A stretch of DNA of 31,555 nt from Phycisphaeraceae bacterium (GCA_040374835.1 JBEITQ010000001.1:1-31555), one strand, 5' to 3'. Positions 1 to 8,552 are shown, counted from the stretch's first letter. A program made the numbers and translations. Notes: generated from the sequence alone by a model not told the origin.

Positions 1-42
1 CCACCCGAGGATGAGGAGCCGCTGCACCGGTCGCGAGGTCAT
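1..42 (-). CDS. 5' end of a gene running off the left edge (MTSRPVQRLLILGW...), possibly alkaline phosphatase/nucleotide pyrophosphatase superfamily
   Basis: ATG at 42 is preceded by TACGAT (54-49) plus a 6-nt spacer, the same leaderless pattern as other genes here. RLLILGW resembles the N-terminal LLIGWD(A/G)ADW strand of phosphodiesterase-family proteins. Only 14 codons are visible. Confidence 0.45.
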   Translation of the reverse strand, partial: MTSRPVQRLLILGW

Positions 43-85
43 CGCCGCATCGTACGGATCGGCCTCGTCCCGGCGGAACCGTCGG

Positions 86-739
86 TCACCGACGACGACG
101 GCGACCGAGCACGGCCGCGCCTGCCATGACCGTCAGCGCTCCTGGGCCGGGCACCACGGTGATGGCCGCACCGGCGGTGGCCTGGTAGGACAGCTCGAGC
201 AGCCGGAACTGACCGGGTGTCGCGCCGATGAAGATCCGGCCGTACCCGTAGTGAATTGCCTGCGTCGTGCCACCGCCCGCGGGCGATCGGAAGCGGAAGC
301 CGAAGATGTTGACGGCATTGAGCCGCCACTCGCCCGCGCCGCCGCCGAATGTCACCGGACCGCTGTCGGCGTAGCTGGCAACCGCCTGAACGATCGTCCC
401 CTCCGGGATCGACGCGCCGGGGCCCGTGGTGAGGCCCGGCAGGCGCATGAGGCCCCAGTACGCCGACAGCCCGGGCCCGTCGGTCGGGAAGTTGAACTTC
501 AGCACGTTGCCCGAGTTCGACGACTCGATCTGCATGTCCCATCCGGCCACGGCCGAGCTGGAACTGGTCGGCCCGGTGTTGAGGCTATCGATCGTAATGA
601 ACACCGACGACGACGGCGCCGAGGGCGTCCAGTTCATCGTGAACGTCCGGACAGACCCGCTCGCGGCCGATGCGATCGCCACGCTCCCCGCCGCGACGGC
701 CATCCGCCTCACGGGCACCCCGCATAGATCAATTGACAT
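86..739 (-). CDS. PEP-CTERM-like sorting-domain surface protein (paralog 1)
   Basis: N-terminal signal peptide (RRMAVAAGSVAIASAASG). C-terminal VPGPG + hydrophobic helix + RRRRR. Purine-rich AGGGAACAGGG before the ATG. Aligns by eye with the two neighbouring genes. Confidence 0.85.
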   Translation of the reverse strand: MSIDLCGVPVRRMAVAAGSVAIASAASGSVRTFTMNWTPSAPSSSVFITIDSLNTGPTSSSSAVAGWDMQIESSNSGNVLKFNFPTDGPGLSAYWGLMRLPGLTTGPGASIPEGTIVQAVASYADSGPVTFGGGAGEWRLNAVNIFGFRFRSPAGGGTTQAIHYGYGRIFIGATPGQFRLLELSYQATAGAAITVVPGPGALTVMAGAAVLGRRRRR

Positions 740-1007
740 CCCTGTTCCCTTTCCCTGTCTCGATGTGTGGCCCGCACGCCCTGGGCATCGGCGACCTGTG
801 CACCCACTCCGTGGCCGGTCTGTCCCGACGCCCGCAGGATGCCACCGCCGCGGGGCCGGTCAAGCCACGCGTGCGCGAGATGCGCAAAAATCCGCGCATG
901 CGGCATCGATGGCCAATCCGTCCATGCGGAAAGTCGCTGAATGACGAAACGAACACAGCCCGCGCGACCGTTCGCGCGGGCCGTGATGTCGTTGATGTCG
1001 CCGAGCG

Positions 1008-1676
1008 TCAGCGCCGGCGCCGACGTCCGGAGAGCGCCGCCGCGCCGAACAGCGCGATCGCCCCGGGGCCGGGGATCGGCATGCCTTCGCCCACGCGGAG
1101 CGATGCACCCGCGATGTCCTGGTAGCCGAAGTGCGTCAGCGTGAACTGGCCAGGCGTGCTGCCGATCACCATGCGGGCCCAGCCGTAGACCATGCTCTGC
1201 GACGAGCCAAGGCGCATGCGGAACCCGAAGTAGTTCTCGCCGTTGAGCCGCCACTGGTTCGCACCCGGGCCGAAGCTCATCGCGCCGCCGTCGGCGAAGC
1301 TCGACGACGCCATGATCATCGTGTTCACCGGCAGGTTGGCGCCGCCGCCGGTCGTGTCGCCGGGGGCACGCATGATGCCGTAGTACGGGTTCGGGTTCGT
1401 GATGGGTCCCGGGATGGTGGGCGCCGGGAACGAGAAGTCGAGGCTCGTGCGCGCGGACGGCGACGCGATGCGCATGTCCCACCCCGACACCGACGACGCC
1501 GACGACGTCGGGCCCGTGCTCAGGTTGTTCAGCGAGACGTAGAGCTCGCCGGACGACGGAAGCGACCAGTTCACTGCGTACACGCGGACGGCCGCCTCTG
1601 CGGATCCCGCCGCCACGGCACCGACGACCGCTGCCGCGGAAAGCGGCAACCTCGCGACTCCAATTGAATGGGACAT
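1008..1676 (-). CDS. PEP-CTERM-like sorting-domain surface protein (paralog 2)
   Basis: Start moved to ATG 1676 (MSHSIGVARLPLSAAAVVGAVAAGSAEA signal peptide, preceded by AGGGAAAGGCAAGAG). C-terminal IPGPGAIALFGAAALSGRRRRR. Confidence 0.85.
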   Translation of the reverse strand: MSHSIGVARLPLSAAAVVGAVAAGSAEAAVRVYAVNWSLPSSGELYVSLNNLSTGPTSSASSVSGWDMRIASPSARTSLDFSFPAPTIPGPITNPNPYYGIMRAPGDTTGGGANLPVNTMIMASSSFADGGAMSFGPGANQWRLNGENYFGFRMRLGSSQSMVYGWARMVIGSTPGQFTLTHFGYQDIAGASLRVGEGMPIPGPGAIALFGAAALSGRRRRR

Positions 1677-1874
1677 CTCTTGCCTTTCCCTCAAATTGAC
1701 GCTCACGCGCTGTGAGCCGCACCCAGGACGCCGATCTCCCCCAACGACACGGGGGCCGGCAGCCTGCGGCACCTTCAAGGTGCCCCGGTTCCGGCGTGAG
1801 GCAAGTCGGCTTCAGAATATTCCGCGATTGTCCGCGAATATCGGCCCTGGCGGCGCGACGAGGGCCAAATGAAG

Positions 1875-1904
1875 CAGGGGCAGCCCGCGAACGGGCTGCC
1901 CCTG
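1875..1904 (-). terminator. Putative intrinsic terminator downstream of paralog 3
   Basis: Perfect 13-bp stem CAGGGGCAGCCCG/CGGGCTGCCCCTG with a TTCG loop on the minus strand, followed by a weak U-tract (CTTCATTT), about 30 nt after the stop at 1933. Confidence 0.6.
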
Positions 1905-1932
1905 AGGAGCAAGCAATCGAATCCGTCCAGGC

Positions 1933-2559
1933 TCAGCGGCGACGGCGGCCGGCGAGGCCCGCGAGGCCGAGCAGCGCGATGGCGCCCGGGGCGGGAATGG
2001 CACCGGCCTCGATCGAGGCATTGGCGACGTTCTCGTAGGCGTAGTCGACGACCGTGCGGGTCATCGAGGTTCCCGAGCTGCCGGCAGCGCCCATCGCGAA
2101 GCGCATCCAGCCGTAGTGGGTGGTGCCCGCGGCGGCCACGAAGCGGAAGCCGATCATGTTGACCGCGCTGTACTGCCAGCCAGCCGAAGCGGTGCCGAAC
2201 ACGTTGGAAGTGGACGTGTTGTAGGAGCCCGCGCTGCCGATTACCGTGCCCGCAGCGAGGTTGCCCGCAGGACCAGTGGTCTGGCCAGTCTGACGGAGCT
2301 GCCCACCGCCGGTCGAGTTGAAGAAGTTCATCCCGCTCGCGGACGAGTAGGGGTTCACGTCCCAGCCCGGAACGCCGGAGCCGGGCCCGTTGCTGAGCAC
2401 GCCGGTCTCGACGTTGATGTAGCAACCGTCGATATCGACGGCGCAGACGAAGTTGACGACGCCGCTGTAGACGATGGCGGCGTTGGCCGACGCCGCAACC
2501 CCCGCGGCCACGGCGGCAGCGGCGACAATGTGCTTTTCCAGACGGTTCGAGATACGCAT
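1933..2559 (-). CDS. PEP-CTERM-like sorting-domain surface protein (paralog 3)
   Basis: Start at ATG 2559 (GGAG SD upstream). Signal peptide MRISNRLEKHIVAAAAVAAGVAASANA. C-terminal IPAPGAIALLGLAGLAGRRRR. Confidence 0.88.
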   Translation of the reverse strand: MRISNRLEKHIVAAAAVAAGVAASANAAIVYSGVVNFVCAVDIDGCYINVETGVLSNGPGSGVPGWDVNPYSSASGMNFFNSTGGGQLRQTGQTTGPAGNLAAGTVIGSAGSYNTSTSNVFGTASAGWQYSAVNMIGFRFVAAAGTTHYGWMRFAMGAAGSSGTSMTRTVVDYAYENVANASIEAGAIPAPGAIALLGLAGLAGRRRR

Positions 2560-2833
2560 GACGGGAAACTCCAGGTATTGGGAACGGGAAACTGCTTGCA
2601 CCTGCGAGGCGGGAACCACTTCAGGTGTCCTGCCCCACGGCAGGTGCTCCGTGCGCGGGAACGACGCGGAACGTCCTGACTATTCCCCAGCCCGGCACGA
2701 ACGCAAACAAAACGCGTGATTCCCCTGAAAATTCGGATCCCTTCGCCGGGATCCCAATAACACGGCATTTCCAGTTCTCAGAGGCGGGATTCCGGAACCC
2801 GACCTTCGTTCCCGGCATCACAATGCGCGCACC

Positions 2834-3106
2834 ATGACCCCCTCCACCGCCGCTGCCTTCAAGTCGCTCCACGCCGCCGGCCTCGCCCCTGCGGCCCTCG
2901 ACCTCAAGACCAAGGAGCTGATCGCGCTCGCCTGCGGCATCAGCCGCCTGTGCGAGGGATGCATCGTCCACCACGCCAAGGCGGCGAAGGCCGCCGGCGC
3001 ATCGCTCGCCGAGATCCAGGACACGGTCGACGTGTGCGTGCTGATGGGCGGCGGCCCGGCCACCGTCTACGGCCGCAAGGCCGTCGAGTCGTTCAACGCG
3101 GCGTGA
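2834..3106 (+). CDS. Carboxymuconolactone decarboxylase (CMD/AhpD-like) family protein
   Basis: LDLKTKELIALA...CEGCIVHH...AGAS.AEI..TV.V..LMGGGP is the CMD-family signature with CxxCxxxH. Confidence 0.85.
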   Translation: MTPSTAAAFKSLHAAGLAPAALDLKTKELIALACGISRLCEGCIVHHAKAAKAAGASLAEIQDTVDVCVLMGGGPATVYGRKAVESFNAA

Positions 3107-3147
3107 GGCCGCGTGGGCGCGGCTAGCCTCCGCGCGAGGACCGATTC

Positions 3148-4662
3148 GTGCCGATCGACGCCGCACTTGCGCTCGCCGCCGCCATGGACGTGACGCCGCC
3201 CGCCCCGTGCCCGCCGCTGCCGACTCCCGCGCAGCGCGCGTGGCAGGACATCGGCTTCACCGGGTTCATCCACTTCGGCCCGAACACCTTCACGGACCGC
3301 GAGTGGGGCCACGGCGACGAGCCCGCGGCGGTGTTCGGCCCGACCGCGCTCGACGCGCGCCAGTGGGTGCGCGTCATGAAGGACGCAGGGATCGGGGGCG
3401 TGGTGATCACCGCCAAGCACCACGACGGCTTCTGCAACTGGCCCACGGCCCTGAGCCGCCACTCCGTCCGCTCGAGCCCGTGGAAGCAGGGCGCGGGCGA
3501 CGTGCTGCGCGACCTGTCCGACGCCTGCCGGGAAGCTGGCATGCGCTTCGGCGTCTATCTCTCGCCCTGGGACCGCAACAACCCCGCGTACGGCACGGGC
3601 GAGGCGTACAACCAGTACTTCCGCGACCAGCTGCGCGAGGTGCTCACGTCCTACGGTCCGGTGTTCGAGGTGTGGTTCGACGGCGCCTGCGGCGAGGGCC
3701 CGAACGGCAAGCGGCAGCAGTACGACTTCCCGAGCTTCGAGCGGACGGTGCGCGAGCTGCAGCCGGACGCCGTGATCTTCAGCGACGTCGGCCCGGACAT
3801 CCGGTGGGTCGGCAACGAGCAGGGCTGGGCCGGCGAGACCTGCTGGTCGATGCTGAAGGCGAAGGGGCACGGGCGCGGGGCCGACAACCCGCCGCCCACC
3901 CGGAGCCTCACCGAGGGCGACGAGGACGGCGAGGCGTGGATCCCCGCCGAGTGCGACGTCAGCATCCGGCCAGGCTGGTTCTACCACGCGCACGAGGACG
4001 ACAAGGTGAAGGGCCCGGCGCAGCTCTTCGACCTGTGGGAGCGCAGCGTCGGGCACAACGCGAACTTTCACCTGAACTTCCCGGTCGACCGGCGCGGGCT
4101 GATCCATGAACGAGATGCCGCCGCGGCGCGCGGGCTGCGCGCACTGGTCGACGCGGCGTACGGACCCGGCACCGACCTGGCGCGCGGACGCGCGACGGCC
4201 GTGACCGAGGTGCGCGGCGTCATGCGGGCCGGCGCGCACGAGCGACCCACGGTCGGCCCGTTCGACGGCAGCAAGGCCGTGGACGGGGATCCCGCGACCT
4301 ACTGGGCCACCGAGGACGGCACGAAGGAGGCGAGGATCGAGGTGGAGCTCGACCCCGCGCGCGCATTCGACCGCGTCGTGCTGGCTGAGCCGATCGAGCT
4401 CGGCCAGCGGGTGCGCCGCTTCCGCGTCAGCGTGCCCGCGGGCCCCGGCGCCCCGAACGACCGCCGCGATTGGCGCACGCTCGCCGAGGGCACCACGATC
4501 GGCCACCGCCGGATCGTGCGGGTGCCCCCGACCGAGGCGCCGTGCGTGCGCATCGAGATCCTCGACGCGCGCGCGTGCCCGCTGATCTCGCACGTCGGCG
4601 TGCACAAGACGGTGCCCGAGGCGGCGGGGGCCATGCCGCCGGGCCCGCCGCCCGCACCCTGA
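3148..4662 (+). CDS. Alpha-L-fucosidase (GH29, probably subfamily B) with C-terminal F5/8 type C (CBM32-like) domain
   Basis: FIHFGPNTF, TAKHHDGF, YLSPWDRN, WFDGA (nucleophile Asp) and WIPAECDVSIRPGWFYH (typical of GH29B). C-terminal AVDGDPATYW...E.I.LGQRV discoidin-like module. GTG start is uncertain. Confidence 0.92.
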   Translation: MPIDAALALAAAMDVTPPAPCPPLPTPAQRAWQDIGFTGFIHFGPNTFTDREWGHGDEPAAVFGPTALDARQWVRVMKDAGIGGVVITAKHHDGFCNWPTALSRHSVRSSPWKQGAGDVLRDLSDACREAGMRFGVYLSPWDRNNPAYGTGEAYNQYFRDQLREVLTSYGPVFEVWFDGACGEGPNGKRQQYDFPSFERTVRELQPDAVIFSDVGPDIRWVGNEQGWAGETCWSMLKAKGHGRGADNPPPTRSLTEGDEDGEAWIPAECDVSIRPGWFYHAHEDDKVKGPAQLFDLWERSVGHNANFHLNFPVDRRGLIHERDAAAARGLRALVDAAYGPGTDLARGRATAVTEVRGVMRAGAHERPTVGPFDGSKAVDGDPATYWATEDGTKEARIEVELDPARAFDRVVLAEPIELGQRVRRFRVSVPAGPGAPNDRRDWRTLAEGTTIGHRRIVRVPPTEAPCVRIEILDARACPLISHVGVHKTVPEAAGAMPPGPPPAP

Positions 4663-4676
4663 CTAGCATCCGGCGC

Positions 4677-5015
4677 GTGGCAGCGAAGCCCAGACCATCC
4701 GCCGCACGTGCGTCCGTCCGATCCGCCGAACCAAAGTCCGCCGGAGGCTGGACGTTCCTCAGCAACCACGCGCACGTGCTGCTGCTCCTGGCGAAGGAGC
4801 CCGAGATCCGGCTTCGCGACGTGGCAGAGCGCGTCGGCATCACCGAGCGTGCGGTGCAGCGCATCGTCGCCGACCTCGAGCAGGGCCGCTACATCGAACG
4901 CGTGCGCACCGGCAGGCGGAACCGCTACAAGGTGCACCCGGAGATGCCGCTGCGCCACCCGATCGAGGCGCACAGGAAGATCGCGAGCCTCATCCACCTC
5001 GTCGTCGACGGGTGA
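4677..5015 (+). CDS. Winged helix-turn-helix transcriptional regulator (MarR/ArsR-like, WTFLSNHAHVL family)
   Basis: WTFLSNHAHVLLLLAKEPEIRLRDVAERVGITERAVQRIVADLE..YI.R.R.GRRN.Y wHTH pattern. GTG 4677 lies 7 nt after a TAGCAT -10-like box. Confidence 0.85.
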   Translation: MAAKPRPSAARASVRSAEPKSAGGWTFLSNHAHVLLLLAKEPEIRLRDVAERVGITERAVQRIVADLEQGRYIERVRTGRRNRYKVHPEMPLRHPIEAHRKIASLIHLVVDG

Positions 5016-5030
5016 GCGCGGCCGTCGGGC

Positions 5031-7811
5031 TCACTTGGCGGTGCGGCTTCGGACGCGGATCCAGCCCACCGATCCCGAGCACGTCTCCCGCTCGTCGGTC
5101 ACCGCGTCGTCGGCGAAGAACGTGACCACCCCGCCCGGGGGCGGCACCGCCAGGCCGAGCGGATCCTGCTGCGTCCACTGCAGCACGCCGTCCATGCGCA
5201 GCGTCACCGTGCGTGTCACCGAGTCGCGGCTGTAGCGCACCAGCGTCGGCACGCCGATCGGCATGCGCGTGATGCTCCGGGGGCTGAATGGCGGCAGCAG
5301 CGAGAACAGCGTGCCCGACTCGTCGCGGTACAGGCCCCGGTCCTCGGCCTGACCGAACATGTCGACGAGCTTGTTCAGCGCGAACTGCGACGCAGACACG
5401 CTCAGCGAGAACTCAATGTCGAAGTCACTCCAGTCCTGGCCGTCGACCGCGACCTTCAGGCCCTGCCCCGGCCCGAAGACGTAGGCACCGCCGGTCACCT
5501 TGCCGCCCATGGACACGGCGGCGACGCCGCTGCCGGAGGAATCCTCCAGGCCGTCGTCGAACGCATACTCGCGGACCAGGTTCCCCACTTCGGACGACAG
5601 CAGGCACTCGGGCACCAGCGCCGTCGAGAACGGCACCTGGCCCCATGAGGCGAGCAGCTCGCCGAGGTCGACGCCGTCGACCACGCCGTCCTGCGTCATG
5701 TCCCAGAAACCCATCGAGCCCCACTCCGAGAGCAGGCCGCCGAGGTCCTGGCCGTCGACCACGCCGTCGAGGTTGCCGTCGGCGAGCGACTTCCGTTCCG
5801 ACACGAGCGTACGGATGAGCTCGCTCTTCAGCGCCACGTAGGCGGCGTTCGCCGGTCCCGGAAGCACATCCGACAGCGGGTTCCACACGCCGGGCGCACC
5901 GTCCGGCAGCTCGATGCCCGGCTGGTTCGGCGGCACCGGCTCGTTCAGGAGGTAGAGGCGCACCTCGCAGTCGTTCGGCGCCAGGCACGGCGGCAGCTGC
6001 CGGACGACCAGCTTCCACTGGCCGCGCCGCATCGCGTACTGCGTCACGGTCGGGGGAAGCGCCGGGACGCTCCCGACCGGGCACTCGTCGAACCGGTCGG
6101 GCGGCAGAAAGCAGTACTGCGTGCCGCCGCACTCGACGAGCGCCTTGGCCGGGTCGGTCGACATGAGGTCGCAGTAGTTCTCGACCGGGTACGGCGTCTT
6201 GGCCGAGCCGCCGAGCCAGCAGCCGCCGTTGTCGGTGCACAGCACCGGACTCGTGATCAGGCCGTCGATCACGGTCCCGCCGATCAGGCACGGGGCGACG
6301 TCGCCGGCGGCGAAGATCCCCTGCGCGTACATCGCGAAGCTGTAGTCGCGGATCGCCGGCTGGCCCGGATTCACGAGGTACGGCATCATCGGCATGCTGT
6401 CGATCACGCGGCCCGGCGACTCGAGCGTCTGCCATTCCACGCCGGCCGCGTCCGCGACCAGCCCGAAGAGGTCGACGATCGACACCTGGGCGTCGACCGA
6501 CCGCCCGGGCGACGCGACGCGCGCGCCGGCGACCACGCACATCGACCGCACGCCCGACTCGTACACGGTCTGCTTCGCGCGCTGCACGGAGAACGGCGGC
6601 AGGACGTTGTAGCCGTAGGTGCCGTTGTCGTTGACCACCACGAGCATCACGTTCGCGGCGACCAGGTCGCCGAGCACGAACTTCCCCCCGACCCACGTGC
6701 CGAGCCCGAGGTCCGCCAGCATGTTGCCGATGGAGCGGTCGGCCGACTCGGCCATCAGCTTGTACTGCTGCCGGAATCCGGCGCCGGTGAAGGCGCAGGA
6801 CGCGCCGTTGGCCGCCGGGCCGGTGAGCATCGGCGGCGGCGGCTGGATCGGCGTGTGGGCCGAGGAATGCGTGGCGAAGGCGAGCCAGGGGCGGTCGGCG
6901 CGCTCGGCGGCGTCGATCCACTCCGCGGTGCGCCGCGACACGAAGTTGGTGAGGTACTCGCGCTGCGGCGCGGACGGCTGCGTGACGCCCGCAGGCGTGG
7001 TGATCGTCCGGGACCACGCGTAGTACGCGTTCTCGGCCAGGAAATCGATGGATCCGCACGTCGCGCCCGCGCACGACGTGACCGGCGAGCCGTCGGGGTT
7101 GACGAGCGGCGTGCCGCCGATCGCCATCGCATCGAGGGGGTGCAGGTCGTCGCGGCACGTGCCGTCGGGGAAGCACGCGGCTGCCGTCACGCCGATCCCG
7201 CCGATCGTGCCGCACGAGAGCGTGCCCACGGGCAGCTGGCCGCCGAGCGTGGAGTCGACCGACGGGGGGAGGTCCCAGTAGCCGTCGTAGAAGTCGAGTC
7301 CCGTGGTGGACGCGGGAGCCTCGTAGCCGAACCCGGGCGGCGTGTTCTCCGGCCCGCCGCCGAGGTGGTACTTGCCCAGCATTCCGGACACGTATCCCGC
7401 CTGCCGAAGGAGCTTCGGCAGCGTCACCTCCGACGGGTGCAGCTGCACGGCCGGGAGCATCGGGTCAACGACCGCGGTCACCACCCCGGTCCGGAAGCTG
7501 TGGCGACCGGTGAGCATCGCCGCGCGCGACGGCGAGCACTCGGGCGTCGCCCAGAAGTTCCGGAAGCTCACGCCCTTCGAGGCGATCTCGCCCAGCACCG
7601 GCATCGACGGCGACTCGGGCGCGCCGTTCCAGCCGTAGGGCGCGAACGACGTCTGGTCCATGCCGATGTCGTCGAGCACGACGACCAGGATGTTCGGCGG
7701 GGACGTCGCGCCGCCGGCGACGGCGGGTCCGGCAGGGACGGCGGTCGCAAGCGCCGCGGAAGCGAGCGCGACGGATCGCGCACGAAGTCTCGGCAGGAGG
7801 ATCGATGGCAT
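5031..7811 (-). CDS. Secreted sulfatase-family protein with Cys-rich inserts, an internal dockerin-like Ca-binding repeat and a C-terminal LamG/ConA-like domain
   Basis: Signal peptide. PNILVVVLDDIG, formylglycine motif CSPSRAAMLTGR, GKYHLG, NDNG. Tandem DxNxDGVVDGxDLGxLLxxWG repeats at about 5640-5785. Beta-rich C-terminal ~190 aa. Confidence 0.88.
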   Translation of the reverse strand: MPSILLPRLRARSVALASAALATAVPAGPAVAGGATSPPNILVVVLDDIGMDQTSFAPYGWNGAPESPSMPVLGEIASKGVSFRNFWATPECSPSRAAMLTGRHSFRTGVVTAVVDPMLPAVQLHPSEVTLPKLLRQAGYVSGMLGKYHLGGGPENTPPGFGYEAPASTTGLDFYDGYWDLPPSVDSTLGGQLPVGTLSCGTIGGIGVTAAACFPDGTCRDDLHPLDAMAIGGTPLVNPDGSPVTSCAGATCGSIDFLAENAYYAWSRTITTPAGVTQPSAPQREYLTNFVSRRTAEWIDAAERADRPWLAFATHSSAHTPIQPPPPMLTGPAANGASCAFTGAGFRQQYKLMAESADRSIGNMLADLGLGTWVGGKFVLGDLVAANVMLVVVNDNGTYGYNVLPPFSVQRAKQTVYESGVRSMCVVAGARVASPGRSVDAQVSIVDLFGLVADAAGVEWQTLESPGRVIDSMPMMPYLVNPGQPAIRDYSFAMYAQGIFAAGDVAPCLIGGTVIDGLITSPVLCTDNGGCWLGGSAKTPYPVENYCDLMSTDPAKALVECGGTQYCFLPPDRFDECPVGSVPALPPTVTQYAMRRGQWKLVVRQLPPCLAPNDCEVRLYLLNEPVPPNQPGIELPDGAPGVWNPLSDVLPGPANAAYVALKSELIRTLVSERKSLADGNLDGVVDGQDLGGLLSEWGSMGFWDMTQDGVVDGVDLGELLASWGQVPFSTALVPECLLSSEVGNLVREYAFDDGLEDSSGSGVAAVSMGGKVTGGAYVFGPGQGLKVAVDGQDWSDFDIEFSLSVSASQFALNKLVDMFGQAEDRGLYRDESGTLFSLLPPFSPRSITRMPIGVPTLVRYSRDSVTRTVTLRMDGVLQWTQQDPLGLAVPPPGGVVTFFADDAVTDERETCSGSVGWIRVRSRTAK

Positions 7812-7910
7812 GGGGCTCCGAGGCTATGGAAGGATCAGTGTCTCACGCAGGGGCGCCCGATCCCAACGGCAAGTGACCGGATCTTCAGGAATCGCGGCCG
7901 GAACGAGCCA

Positions 7911-8483
7911 TCAGCCTTCCGGCGACGTCGCCGCGGCCCGCTCCAGCATGAGCGCCTCGATCTTCCCCGGGAGGATCCACGCGATGCACATGCCGACGAG
8001 CACGGCGACCGCCCCGACCGCCAGCGGCACCCACTGCCAGTCGTCCGCCCCCGGCTTCAGGCAGGCAAGCGAAGGGTCGTCGGGCGAATGGTGCACGGTC
8101 ACCGCGGATCCCGCGGGATAGCGGTCCACGACGGCCTTCGCTTCCGATTGCGACGATCCGCTCACGCGGAACGCGATGCGCCGCGACTCCAGCTCGCGGC
8201 CGTCGACCGAGTAGCGGTAGGTCACGTGCGGGGCGTAGCTGTTGGAGGTTCTGCCCCGATTCGTCCGGGTGGTGTGGTGCACGCGGGACTCGACGACCGT
8301 TCCCTCGGCCGTCGGCCAGCCGACGCTCGCCGAGGCACGGTCCCACTCCAGCGCGCCAAAGACGGCGAACCCGATGCCGAAGGCAACGGCCAGGGCGCCC
8401 CATCCGCGGATGAACCACTTCGCCACCGCCAACGCGCGCGGGGAACGAGGCGTCAGGTTCGAGGACCGGAGGCGCAGCCGCAC
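7911..8483 (-). CDS. DUF3592-like membrane protein
   Basis: TM helix, then WPTAEGTVVES...YAPHVTYRYSVDGRE...YPAGSAVTVHHSPDDPSLACL, then a second TM helix. GTG 8483 chosen because TACCCT lies 6 nt upstream (alternative TTG 8507). Confidence 0.8.
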   Translation of the reverse strand: MRLRLRSSNLTPRSPRALAVAKWFIRGWGALAVAFGIGFAVFGALEWDRASASVGWPTAEGTVVESRVHHTTRTNRGRTSNSYAPHVTYRYSVDGRELESRRIAFRVSGSSQSEAKAVVDRYPAGSAVTVHHSPDDPSLACLKPGADDWQWVPLAVGAVAVLVGMCIAWILPGKIEALMLERAAATSPEG

Positions 8484-8510
8484 GGCCGAAGGGTAGCGAC
8501 CCCGCAACGA

Positions 8511-8542
8511 CGAAGCCGAAGGCGCTTGGGCCTTCGGCTTCG
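8511..8542 (-). terminator. Hairpin downstream of tRNA-Pro (putative terminator)
   Basis: Perfect 13-bp stem CGAAGCCGAAGGC/GCCTTCGGCTTCG with a 6-nt loop, 10 nt after the tRNA 3' end. The U-tract is poor. Confidence 0.55.
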
Positions 8543-8552
8543 GAGTGAGGAG

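Noticed and set aside
2588-2660. Resemblance of GGACACCTGA...CAGGTGCAA to a c-di-GMP-II riboswitch core
   Set aside because: The 5' conserved elements and pseudoknot could not be found by eye. It is kept only as an unnamed structured-leader finding.
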